From positions 352,001 through 416,000 of the forward strand of contig CAVRUC010000013.1 in assembly GCA_963724295.1 (NCBI GenBank): a DNA stretch of 64,000 nucleotides, read 5' to 3'. Position numbers and translations under genes: made by a program. Positions 50,171 to 60,319 of this stretch are shown here, one piece after another. This DNA comes from an uncultured Chloroflexia bacterium. GTDB taxonomy: Bacteria > Chloroflexota > Chloroflexia > Thermomicrobiales > UBA6265. The notes beneath the pieces were generated by a model. That model was not told the origin of the DNA and searched no databases. It saw only the letters and a list, made by a program, of their open reading frames with translations. Position 1 is the first letter of the stretch; the number at the start of each line of letters is the position of its first letter.

Positions 50171-50772
50171 ACTAGAGCACCGGGGACCGCGCAAGCGGAC
50201 AGGCGACCGGAGCAATCCGGAAGTCAGGCAGAAGTCGAGCTCGCCGGCAACGGTTGATCGACGACTCCCGGGGACCGATCCCGCATGATGGTGGCAACAC
50301 CGCACATCGGGGACGGTCAGTGGTCGGCGGCAGCAATGTCGCGGACCGGGCCATCGACAACCGGCACATGAACACCGGGTGTCGAGCGCTCGATCGGAGA
50401 GCGGCCGAGCAATCGGTGCGGCATTCCGGTCACCGGGATCCGACGGATTTATCCGCCGGAAGCCAATGGAGCTTTAGGACCAGACGCCGACGGCTGCGCA
50501 AGCGGCTGTCGGCGTTTCGGTGTCCGGCGCGCCAACGGAGAACGGCGTTGCGCTCGAATGCGACGCGCGCTTCCGGCTTACCGACCACATTCACCGCCTC
50601 CTGACGGAGATGCCCTGACGGCAGCCCGGGAGTGAGCTGACCACCCAGGATCAGCCACGACTCCGCCGCTTGCCTGCCGGTCCGTCCCTGTCCCTGTTGG
50701 GCAAGAGGCTGTATCGCATTGCGATCGATGCAGCCAAAATCCCGGTCGCCTGGGTCCACCAGACCGGCTTTA
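50171..50772 (+). ncRNA. Candidate large (~600 nt) highly structured non-coding RNA of unrecognised class
   Basis: Seven GCAA-tetraloop hairpins, six nested long-range helices, 5'/3' closing stem, upstream promoter, no credible ORF. Confidence 0.75.
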
Positions 50773-51141
50773 TGAATTCCTCAGGTTTGCAGAACGCCGG
50801 CACCCGTGCAGAGACAAACCGTCACTTCCTCTCTGGATCCCGCGCGGTCGGTCTCAGCGTGGCCAACCTGAGATTGACTGCCGGCCAATTCGGCGATGAT
50901 CCTCCAGTCGCTTCTGTGTCAATGTAGGCATAGTGTACGTTCACCCGTTGTCAGTGAAGTCAAACTCCCCCGAAGGTCCTCTTCGTCACGTGCCAATCCG
51001 GCACACCGTTTACTTCCTCTACCGCGACCCCGTACTATGCAGTTGCAGAGCGGTGGCCAGGCGCTGACTCCGTCGCGACGATCGTTCCGGCGCCATACCG
51101 CCCTGATTGCCGAGCGATGCAACGCCGCTGGAGGCACGTCA

Positions 51142-51444
51142 GTGGAGATTGAACGGTTTGCCCCAGAGCGTGGGCAGCTGCCAGCCTCACGAATGCCGGT
51201 GAGCCTGCCCCCGGGGCGGCTCTACATGACCGGTGATTTGCGCGCGCTGACCGGACTGCCGCGCACCCACATGGATTTCTATCTGCGCGAGGGGATCATC
51301 CAGCCGACGACGCGGACGGGGAGCGGCTACTTGCTCTTCGATCACGCCGAGCTGGAGACCCTACGTGCGGTCTTGCGCTGGCGTGAAGAGGGGGTCGGGA
51401 TCCGCGAGATCCGGGACCGCCTCGGCCGTCCGGCGAGCCACTGA
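51142..51444 (+). CDS. Short MerR-family HTH protein (DNA-binding domain only)
   Basis: RBS GGAGG-GTG; YMTGDLRALTGLPRTHMDFYLREGIIQP-TRTGSGYLLFD...GVGIREIR. Confidence 0.85.
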   Translation: MEIERFAPERGQLPASRMPVSLPPGRLYMTGDLRALTGLPRTHMDFYLREGIIQPTTRTGSGYLLFDHAELETLRAVLRWREEGVGIREIRDRLGRPASH

Positions 51445-51574
51445 GCGGATGCGCGGGTATCGACGCCGCGGGGAATTCCAGCTGCGTCGGAGGAGAGGGA
51501 CTATCGCCACACTGACCGGTGGGCCGGTACGGAAATCGCAGATTCGGTGGCAACAGGCGTCGGAGACTATTTCA

Positions 51575-51615
51575 CTTCCGACCCTCCGACCTCCGACCTC
51601 CGACTCCCGACTCCC
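51575..51615. repeat. CTCCGAC heptamer tandem repeat
   Basis: CTTCCGACCCTCCGACCTCCGACCTCCGACTCCCGACTCCC; reverse-complement relative of the GTCGGAA array at 20670. Confidence 0.8.
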
Positions 51616-51908
51616 ATGGCACGACAAAGGCCGGCGCGCCAACGCCAGCCTTTCTCCCCACCCATCGGTTGTAGCTACCGTGGAACCCGTTTCCGGGTTC
51701 ACCACCTGACGCGCTTCCCGGGTACCGAACGGACCGTCGCCAAACCGCCTGTTCGAACCCACCGAGCGCCAGATTCGCCGCCAATGTCCCCGCCAAGGGA
51801 GGGTTGCTTGCACCCAGGCGACGTGCCGATTCTAAGCATGCCCCAGCAGGCATGTCAATACTCCGTGCTGGAACGAACGCTTACGCCGGCTCTTCCGGAG
51901 TGGTCCGC

Positions 51909-53711
51909 GTGACCTCGTCCCGGAAGCGTTCCCCTGCTCGACAGCCGCTCGAACCCGGAAAAACCGGGCCGGAGGGGCTGGCACCTGTGCCTGAGCCCAG
52001 CCGCGCCGGGGAGGATGTCCGGCGCCGTGGTTGGTTCTGGCACTGGAACGCCCTGGTTACCCAGTACGCTCCCCTGATCGGCTTGAAGGGCGTGGGGTTG
52101 CTCAACTCCTACACGGTCTGGACCGACCGCCGGGAAGAATCTCCCCATCGCGGCTACGCCTTCCCGTCCCAGCAGAGCGAGGCCGATTTCTATGGCGAAG
52201 ACCGCGCCGAGCTGATTACCATCAACAAGATCCTGGTCGCGCTCGACCTGATCGAGATCCGCAAGGAGATGGTGGTCCGCGCCGATCCCCAGGGCCGGCG
52301 CTGGAAGGTGCCGCACAACTTCTACCGGGTGAAGGACCACGGCGACGACTTCTCCCTCGGCCCTGATGACGTCCTGCGCGTCGCCGAGCTGGCCGCCCGT
52401 GACCGTGCGGTCTACCGCTACGTGCGCCGCGTCTTCTCGCCACGCTTCTCACCCATCGACGGCGACAATGTCTGGGGACGGATCTTGCCGGAGGTGCGCC
52501 TCACCCCGGTCTGGCAGGGACTGGCCGCCAGGACCGCCGCTGAAGAGGGCCGGGCCTCGGCGCGCACCCGGGCCGGACACGCCGCGCGGAAGGACGCCTC
52601 GACCGAGACAGATCCCTCCCTCGAGCCCGACGCCACGCCGCCATTTTTTGCGCCCGCTATCGGTGACGGAACGGCAATCACGGCTGGTGACAATGACAGT
52701 GCGAGTGTCACTAGTCTCTCTGAAGGAGAAACCTCTGTTGTACTGAGCAACACTGGTTCTGGGGTGGATGTTGGCGGGACCAACAGAGGTTCACCCCGAA
52801 AGCAGCCAAGCAGCGTTGCTCCCATCAACGAAGCCGGGCAAACCGATGTTGCACCGAGCAACACGACGTATCACCAATTTTCAACAACAACGAAGGACGT
52901 CACTGACGAGTTCAAAGAGCGAAGACCAGTCGCCGGAAACGACGGTTCGCCAACCGTTGCGAAGTTGACTTCGACAGGAACCGGACGGTCCGGCGGACCC
53001 GGGGAACGGCCGCCGGCGGACGGACCAGGCGAGGGCGCGGCGTTGCGCGCCTTCGAGAGCGCCAACGACCGCGCCGCCACCCCGGCCGAGCGCAAGCTCC
53101 TGCGCGATCTTGCCGCTCGCTTCGAACCGGTGGCCGCCGCCGCGCACCAGGAGCGGGACGACGTCGCGGGCTCCGGCTGGGGCTGGTTGGAGGCTGCCGT
53201 CTGGGATGCCGTCGAGGCGGGCAGCGCGTTCGTGGCGCCGCGCCGGGTACGGGAGATCCTGCTGCGCTGGGAGCGGGATGGGTTTCCCCAGCCGCGCGAT
53301 CCCGGACCGCCGTGGCCGGACCCACCACACGGCCCGCCGGTGCGGCGAGCGCCACGAGAGGACGTCGCTCCGCCGCCAGCGCCGGCGCCACTCTTCACCA
53401 TCGAGGAGGTCGGGCTCTCCAACCGGCAGGTCTGGGCGGCGACCCTGGCCGAGCTGGTGCGGCGGGGCGACGTCAGCCGGGCCGATGTCGAGACCTGGCT
53501 GCGGCCCGCCGGGCTGATTGGACGGGACGGCGCGACCCTGCTCGTCGGCGCTCCGAACGCCGTCGCCCGCGACCGCATCGTCTCCCGTCTGCTGCCCGCC
53601 CTGCGAGAGGCGCTGGCCGCGACGATCGGCCTCGCCGTGTCGGTTGAGGTGGTGGTGGAGACGAGGGTGGAGGAGTCGGGAAGTGGAGGAGCCGAGAGGC
53701 CAAGTGCGTAA
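51909..53711 (+). CDS. Replication-initiator-like protein: N-terminal wHTH, DnaD/DnaB_2-like domain, C-terminal DnaA domain-I-like domain
   Basis: YAPLIGLKGV...AFPSQQSEADFYG (HTH); FESANDRAATPAE...VREILLRWERDG (DnaD-C-like); VWAATLAEL...SRADVETWLRP...LLVGAPNAVARDRI (DnaA_N-like). Confidence 0.7.
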   Translation: MTSSRKRSPARQPLEPGKTGPEGLAPVPEPSRAGEDVRRRGWFWHWNALVTQYAPLIGLKGVGLLNSYTVWTDRREESPHRGYAFPSQQSEADFYGEDRAELITINKILVALDLIEIRKEMVVRADPQGRRWKVPHNFYRVKDHGDDFSLGPDDVLRVAELAARDRAVYRYVRRVFSPRFSPIDGDNVWGRILPEVRLTPVWQGLAARTAAEEGRASARTRAGHAARKDASTETDPSLEPDATPPFFAPAIGDGTAITAGDNDSASVTSLSEGETSVVLSNTGSGVDVGGTNRGSPRKQPSSVAPINEAGQTDVAPSNTTYHQFSTTTKDVTDEFKERRPVAGNDGSPTVAKLTSTGTGRSGGPGERPPADGPGEGAALRAFESANDRAATPAERKLLRDLAARFEPVAAAAHQERDDVAGSGWGWLEAAVWDAVEAGSAFVAPRRVREILLRWERDGFPQPRDPGPPWPDPPHGPPVRRAPREDVAPPPAPAPLFTIEEVGLSNRQVWAATLAELVRRGDVSRADVETWLRPAGLIGRDGATLLVGAPNAVARDRIVSRLLPALREALAATIGLAVSVEVVVETRVEESGSGGAERPSA

Positions 53712-53880
53712 ACTGCAAGCGGACGCTGCTGATGGAGCTGGGCCGCGGCAGCAGCTGGACCTGCTGGCGCCCTGATCTATGTCAGATTCCTTGCTCTTGC
53801 GGCAGTGTGACGAACGCGGGAGCTGACTATGGTACGGCGCTATCATCCCCGGCGCAGACGCGTCCACCAGCAGGGCTGCC

Positions 53881-56209
53881 ATGACCGACTCACTTCCATC
53901 CAGCCGCGCCTCCCAGCTACGGCTATCCCGCACCCCGCTGATCGGACGGGAGCGAGAGCTGGCGATGGTCCGCGGGCTGCTGCTTCGTGACGACGTTCCC
54001 CTTCTCACGCTGACCGGTCCAGGTGGCGTCGGCAAGACCCGGCTCGCCGTGCGCGTAGCCTCGGATCTGGAGGCCACGTTCCCCGACGGGGTGGTTTTCG
54101 TCGATCTTGCGCCAATTACGGACCCCGACTTGCTCGCCTCTGCCATCGCGCGGACCTTGGGCGTGCGGGAGGTTGGGGATGAGTCGATGGCCGAGCGACT
54201 CACGGCATTCTTAGGTAACAAGCGCCTCTTGCTGGTCCTCGACAACTTCGAGCAGGTCGTCGAAGCGGCGCCGCTCGTCGCGGACCTACTGGCGAGTTCC
54301 CCCACGCTGACGGTGCTCGTCACGAGCCGAGTGCGGCTACGCCTCTCTGATGAACGCGAGATCCCGGTCCTGCCATTGGCACTGCCTGAGACCGAGACTC
54401 AAGCACCAATGGATGCTCTTGCCGCATCGCCAGCAGTGCGCCTCTTCGTCGCGCGGGCTCAGGCTGTTAAACCTGACTTCGCGGTAACTGATCAGACGGT
54501 GGAGGAGGTCGCCGCCATCTGTCGCCGGCTGGACGGACTGCCGCTGGCCATCGAGCTCGCCGCGGCCCGGGTCAAGATCCTCTCCCCATCGGCGCTGCTG
54601 GCCAGACTCGACCACCGGCTGCCACTGCTGACCGGGGGTGGCCGCGACTTGCCGGCTCGACAGCAAACGATGCGCGACGCCATCGCCTGGTCCTACGACC
54701 TGCTGACACCGGAGGAGCAGACGTTCTTTCGTCGACTCGCCGTCTTCGTCGGCGGATTCACGCTGGAGGCGGCCGGAATAGTCGCCGGCAGGAGTGACGA
54801 CCTCGGATTCCACACCCTGGACGGCGTGGCGTCGCTGGTGGAGCAGAGCTTGCTGCGAGAAGAGGACGGAGGGAGCAACGAGCCACGCTTCCTGATGCTG
54901 GAGACGGTTCGGGAATTCGGCCTGGAGCAATTGGCAGCGGCCGGCGAGGAAGCGACGACGCGAGACCGCCACGCGGCGTGGTGCCTGGCAGTCGCCGGCG
55001 AGGCGCCGGACTCTATGAGCCCGATTGTCCACCCCGGCACCCTTGACCGGTTGGAGGCCGAGCACCCCAACCTGCGATCCGCCCTCGCCTGGCTGGATCA
55101 GACCGGACGGCTGGGCCAGGTGCTCCCGTTGGCCGACCAACTCTGCTGGTTCTGGGATCTGGCTGGGCACTACCGGGAGGGCCTGTCCTGGCTGGAGCGG
55201 GCACTGGCCGTCAGCGACGAGGACACACCGGCCCGCGCTCGTTGCGAGGCGTTGTGCAGGGTGGGACACCTGGCCCAGACGCTCGACGAGCCTCGGGCGG
55301 CGAGCTATCTGGAGCAGGCACTGGCGCTCGCCCGAACCATTGGTTATGAGGACTATGAGGCAGAGGCCTCGGTGCACCTGGGCATCATGGCTGAGGATGG
55401 AGGGGACTACGCGGCGGCCGAAGAGCACCTGGCCACCGTGCCGACGACTGAACGAACAGGTGGGCAACACCTGGCGACGACTCCTGGCCGACTACCATCT
55501 GGGCGTCGTCGCCTACGGCCGGGGAGACCTGCCGCGGGCAACGGCCCTGCTCGAGGGGGCACTCGCGGCCGCACGAGCACACGACAATTCGCTCGTTCCC
55601 GCCTGGAGCCTTGAATACCTGGCGCTCGTCGCCTGCGCGCGGAATGAGCCGGGCCGTGCCGCCGAGCTGCTCTGTCAGGCTCTCCCGCCAGATCCGACAA
55701 GCGGGTTGAGACACCAGCACTGGGGTACCCTGGCGGCGGTGGCCGTGCTGGCGAGCCTCATCGGCGAGGCGGAGTCCGCCGCCCGGCTGTCTGGCGCGGC
55801 CGCGACCTTAGCCCACGGCAGGGCACGCGCCCTGCCCGAGGCCATCGCCTACGAGCAGGCCGCGGCAGCGGCTCGACAGCGCATCGGCGACCATGCTTTC
55901 GAGAAGGCATGGGAGGCCGGACAGCGCATGCGAGCAGAAGAGGTCAAATCTGAGGTGAACCGGGTGCTCATCGCCGCCGAGGGTGAGAGATCGCGGACGA
56001 CCTCAGACCGCAACAGCTCACAACTGACGCCCCGCGAACAGGAGGTTCTTCAGCTCCTGGTAGAGGGACGCTCCAACCCCGAAATTGCCGCCGCGCTGTT
56101 CGTCAGCCCCCGCACCGCCGAGACTCACGTCACGCACATCCTCTCCAAGCTCGGTGTCACCACCCGTGCCGAGGCCGCCGCCCACGCCGTGCGGGTCGGG
56201 TTGGCGTAG
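53881..56209 (+). CDS. STAND-type ATPase/TPR/LuxR transcriptional regulator (frameshift ~55440)
   Basis: [32 protein letters not shown]-terminal LTPREQEVL...[10 protein letters not shown]. Confidence 0.92.
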
Positions 56210-56402
56210 TCCGCGGCCCCCACGCCTACGTACCCGTACGACCCCCCGTAGTCCACGTCCGCCGAGAAACGAGACCGCGAAATCCGGGAATCACCGGATG
56301 TCGAGCGCCCAGCCGCGGCGCATGCTGGAACCGTGCCCCGAACAGTGGGGCACGGCCCGGCCGAATCAAGGCCGCCTGATGCGGCACGGGAAGGATGACG
56401 CA

Positions 56403-56642
56403 ATGACCCCTAACGTTACTGTCGGGTACATGGCCGAGCAGATCAACCGGGGGCGGCTCGATAGCGTTGCGGCACGCGGCTGGCTGGTCGACGAGGCGGC
56501 GGCGACGCGCTCCCGCGCCACGCGACCTGCCCCGGTGCTGGTCATTCTTGGCGCAGCGCTCGTCCGTCTCGGTGAGTGGATCCAGGGAACAGCGCGGCAT
56601 GCCGGCACCTGGGCCGATCCGGCCGCACTCCCCGGACGGTAA
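56403..56642 (+). CDS. Small hypothetical protein (LGxxLVRxGxxxQG motif), copy A
   Basis: RBS AAGGA; MTPNVTVGY...LGAALVRLGEWIQG. Confidence 0.7.
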   Translation: MTPNVTVGYMAEQINRGRLDSVAARGWLVDEAAATRSRATRPAPVLVILGAALVRLGEWIQGTARHAGTWADPAALPGR

Positions 56643-56695
56643 CCAGCCAGGCTGACATCGAGGATGGTGGCATTTCACGCGCAGAGGAGGAAGCC

Positions 56696-56962
56696 ATGCA
56701 TCACCAGTTCGGGTCAATCGTCTTGGCCGATACCTATCGCCGGGAATTATTGAGAGATGCCGCGCGGGTCCGGCCCCTCCATGCCATCAACTCGCCAGAG
56801 GGCTTCGTCACAGGTGTGCGTGCGGCGTCAGTCGTCACCCGAGCCGCGTCGATCTTGCTGCGACGACGGCTTGGCGCGCTCCTCGTACGTGTTGGCCAGT
56901 TCCTCCAGGGTGTGCAGCCGGGCGCGAGGGAAATTCCGGCCCAACTCCGTCCGGCGAGGTGA
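56696..56962 (+). CDS. Small hypothetical protein (LGxxLVRxGxxxQG motif), copy B
   Basis: RBS GAGGAGG; MHHQFG...RRELLRDAARVR...LGALLVRVGQFLQG. Confidence 0.72.
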   Translation: MHHQFGSIVLADTYRRELLRDAARVRPLHAINSPEGFVTGVRAASVVTRAASILLRRRLGALLVRVGQFLQGVQPGAREIPAQLRPAR

Positions 56963-57042
56963 GCGCGATCGCTTGACGCGAGCTGGCAGCAACCCGCACA
57001 AGGTGCTGTCGGGCGGGACTCGCCGCTTCGCGGTTGAGCGAT

Positions 57043-58392
57043 TCACTTCTCGGGTCTGGAGGCGGGGCAACCATGTCCGGCTGCCTGCGCAGGTCTTGCA
57101 ACAAGCGCTAAGCGTGCATCTGTCTTCTCGACTTCTCGGCCTCTCGACTCAGCCGCTCCCTGGCTCCAGATGACCATCGCGGCGACGGCGAGAAGCAGGG
57201 TGCCGGATACGATGAAGGTGGCGCGGAAGCCGAGACTCGTGGCCAGGAACGCGCCTGCGAGCGGCCCGATAAAGCCGCCCACCGCGGAGATAGCCGCGCT
57301 CAGACCGAAGATTGCTCCACGTCGTTCAGCCGGCGTCAGGTGCGCGATGAGCGCGTTGGCTGAAGGGATGAGACCACCGGCGGCGACACCCATCAGCGCT
57401 TGCAGCAGCGCCAGCTGCCAGGGGTCGCGCACAAACGCCATCGGCAGGTAGACCAGACCCGCCGCCAGCAGGCTGATCGCCAGCACGCGGCGGTGGCCGG
57501 TGCGGTCCCCCAGCCGGCCCAGGTAGGCCGCGGCGAACGCGCTGGTGAAGCCCGCGGAGCCGAGGACGACCCCGGCCACGGTGGCGACATTCGGATCGTC
57601 AGGAGCCAATTGCTGGACGAAGAGCGGGATGATCGGCTGCATGGCCATCGCGATCGTGCGGACGACGAAGATCGCCGCGAGCATGGTCAGCATGGCGGCG
57701 GAGAAAAGAAAGGCGCCGGAGGTCCGGAACCGTCGCCAGCGACTCTGTCCCTCGTCCATCATGGCGTGTGCCGCCACGCGGGTGAACCGCTCGCGCGCCA
57801 GGAAGGCGACGGTGACGCCGCCGCAGAAGAGCATCATTCCGGCCAGGACGAAGGTGGCGCGCGGGCCGATGCGGTCGTATGCGAAGCCGCCGAAGAGGGG
57901 ACCGGCCGCGGCTCCGGCGAAGACGGCCGTCTGTACCATGCCGAGGGCATAGCCGAGACGCCGCTTCGGGGCGCTGGTGGCGATGAGGGCCGTCGCCGCG
58001 GCGACGGTTCCGGTCAGCATCCCCTCCAGCACCCGCAACGCCAGCAGCTGCCCGGGCGTGCTGGCGAAGCCCATCATCACGACGACGACCGCGCCACCGA
58101 AGAGCCCGCGCAGCAGCATCGGCTTGCGGCCATAGCGATCGGCGAGCAACCCCCAGATGGGTGCGGTAATGGCCATGGCCGCGGCGCCGGCGGCATTGAT
58201 GGCGCCCGACCAGAGTGTCTGGCCGGCGACATCACGAACGCCGAGGTCACCGAGATAGAAGGGGAGGAACGGAACCCGCGAGGAAAAACCGATCAGGGCC
58301 AGCAGCTGCCCTGCCCAGACCGCGTAGAGGGTGACATTCCAGCCGGGCTGTCCTCCATCGGGATCACCATACTCACGACCGGAGTCGGACAT
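57043..58392 (-). CDS. MFS transporter (DHA1/MdtG-like)
   Basis: WGLLADRYGRKPMLLR, GRLGDRTGHRR. Confidence 0.92.
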   Translation of the reverse strand: MSDSGREYGDPDGGQPGWNVTLYAVWAGQLLALIGFSSRVPFLPFYLGDLGVRDVAGQTLWSGAINAAGAAAMAITAPIWGLLADRYGRKPMLLRGLFGGAVVVVMMGFASTPGQLLALRVLEGMLTGTVAAATALIATSAPKRRLGYALGMVQTAVFAGAAAGPLFGGFAYDRIGPRATFVLAGMMLFCGGVTVAFLARERFTRVAAHAMMDEGQSRWRRFRTSGAFLFSAAMLTMLAAIFVVRTIAMAMQPIIPLFVQQLAPDDPNVATVAGVVLGSAGFTSAFAAAYLGRLGDRTGHRRVLAISLLAAGLVYLPMAFVRDPWQLALLQALMGVAAGGLIPSANALIAHLTPAERRGAIFGLSAAISAVGGFIGPLAGAFLATSLGFRATFIVSGTLLLAVAAMVIWSQGAAESRGREVEKTDARLALVARPAQAAGHGCPASRPEK

Positions 58393-58484
58393 CATGGCTG
58401 TCGAGTGTAGCCCCGATGACCCAGGTCAGGAACGCCCTCTACACTTCGTCGCATCATGATGCGCCATTGCCAGGGGTATGAGCG

Positions 58485-60112
58485 ATGAGATTGTGGGCCG
58501 GATGGCGGCGGAGTTGGACAAGCGGAAGCTGGGCGAAACGCGCGGCCGTCCTCGTGCTGAGCGGGATGCTCTTGCCCGTGCACGTGCACTTGCAGCTGCC
58601 CTGGCACGCCGCCTATCCAGCACGCGTTGTCGCTCGCGAAACAGCCACCGTCCCTGGTGTCGTCGATCCTTTCGCCGACGTCGTGCCCGAGGCGCTGGTC
58701 CCGGCCGAGCAGGCGGCGGACGAGCTCAGCGCCATCCGCATGGACGTTGCCCTTGACCCCGCTTTGGGCACGATCGGTGGTGAGATGAGCGTCACCTGGC
58801 GCAACCCGGCCTCCGAGCCACTGAGCGACGTCTGGTTCCGTCTCTTTCCCAACGCTTTCTACTATGGAGAAGGCGGCCTGCAGGTGACGGATGTCACCGT
58901 CGATGACGCGCCGGTCAGCCCCGAGCTGGCGCTCGACGATACCGCGCTGCGCGTGCCCTTGCCGGGCCCGGTCGATCCTGGAGAGAGCGCTGAGATTGCG
59001 CTGACCTTTACCTCGACCGTTCCCGCCGATTCGACCGGCTCCTACGGCATCTTCAACCGGGACACCCGCAACGGGTCCTGGGTGCTGGCTGACTGGTACC
59101 CGATCCTGGCGGTGTGGGAAGAGGGGGACGGCTGGGCGCTGCCGGAGGCGACCGCCTTTGGCGATCCTACCTACGCGCCGAGCGCCTTCTATGACGTGCG
59201 GGTGACGGCCGCAGACGATCTCGAGGTCGTGGCCACCGGCGTGCTGGCAACCGAGACGAACGAGAACGGCGCCGTCACCCGGCACTTCGTCGCCGGACCG
59301 GCCCGTGACTTCGTCCTGGTCGCCGACGATGACTACGCGCCGCTCAGCCAGGAGGTCGATGACACGCTGCTGACGCTCTGGACGGCGCCCAGCCTCGACC
59401 CCGCCATCGCCGAGCAAACACTCGCAGCCGCCGCCGATGCGCTGCGGTTTTACAACCAGCGGTTCGGCCCGTACCCGGCGCGGGAGGTCGATCTCGTCCA
59501 GATCGACCCTCCGGCGCGCTCGGCATCGCCTGGGCCGGACTCCTCTTCCTCGACGGTCCGGCGCTGCTCAACACCTACGGCGAGCACGACCCGGAAGGAC
59601 TCGCGACGGTGGTCGCGCATGAGGTGGCCCATCTCTGGTGGGGCATCCTGGTCGGAGGTGATTCGAACAAGCACGCCTACATCCAGGAGAGCCTGGCGAC
59701 CGTCTCCTCGCTTCTCTATCTGAAGGAGACGCTCGGGCCGGAGATCGCCGCGGCGGAGCTCGACGCCTGGGTGACCGGTCCCGCCTTCGAGCTCCTGGCG
59801 GCGGGCGACGCCGTCGTCGACACCCCGGTGGCCGCGGGGGACGACCCGGCGATCTGGTCCGACGCGGCCTACGGCAAGGGATCCCTCGGCTTTCTGGCCA
59901 TCCGCGAGGAGATCGGCGCCGCCGCGTTCGAGGCGGCGTTGCACGACCTCTTCACCCGCTACGCCTGGGGCGAGATGACCCCGGAGGACCTGCGCTCGGC
60001 CTTCGAGCGGGCATCGGGCAGGGATCTCGACGCCCTGTGGAGCCACTGGTTCGATGAGGCAGCCATGACGCAGGAGGAGATCGAGGAGATCGCCACGGCG
60101 TTTGCGGAATAG
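58485..60112 (+). CDS. M1 family (gluzincin) aminopeptidase (frameshift ~59510)
   Basis: HEVAHLWW...QESLA, YGKG; N-terminal part in 58485..59723 frame. Confidence 0.87.
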
Positions 60113-60178
60113 GCCGCTGATCCGCGACCGGGTTGGACGGCAGGGTTCCACGGGCCGCTTGTGATGCGAGGTCGCTGA

Positions 60179-60319
60179 CCGCGCAGGATGGCCATTCTGC
60201 TCATTGGTGGAGACAAGACGAACCGCTGGCAGGCATGGTATCGAGAGTTCATCCCTGTTGCTGACCGGCTTTACGACGAGCATCTGGAGACGCTAGAAAC
60301 TGAAGGACTGTTGCCATGA
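60179..60319 (+). pseudogene. C-terminal remnant of a RelE/HigB (Gp49-like) toxin
   Basis: PRRMAILLIGGDKTNRWQAWYREFIPVADRLYDEHLETL...*; in-frame TGA immediately upstream; ATGA overlap with the antitoxin. Confidence 0.8.

Noticed and set aside
50706..50735. Group II intron domain V-like hairpin
   Set aside because: Lacks the AGC/CGC triad, AC bulge and GNRA loop geometry; no GTGYG 5' end or RT gene
50181..50761. tmRNA or tRNA-like ends (5' GGGGACC, 3' TCCACCA)
   Set aside because: No T-arm (GGTTCRA), no proper 7-bp alanine acceptor stem, no tag ORF; the CCA may be chance but is worth checking in homologues
50171..50772. RNase P RNA (GAAGTCGAGCTC at ~50231 and CCGGCTTA at ~50573 loosely resemble the P4 strands)
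   Set aside because: No GGAAAGTCC, AGTGC(A/C)ACAG or ACAGAA..CGGCTTA signature; the two segments pair better with other partners
50800..51900. Iterons or DnaA boxes marking an origin next to the initiator-like gene
   Set aside because: No TTATCCACA match, 17-22-bp direct repeats or AT-rich unwinding element seen
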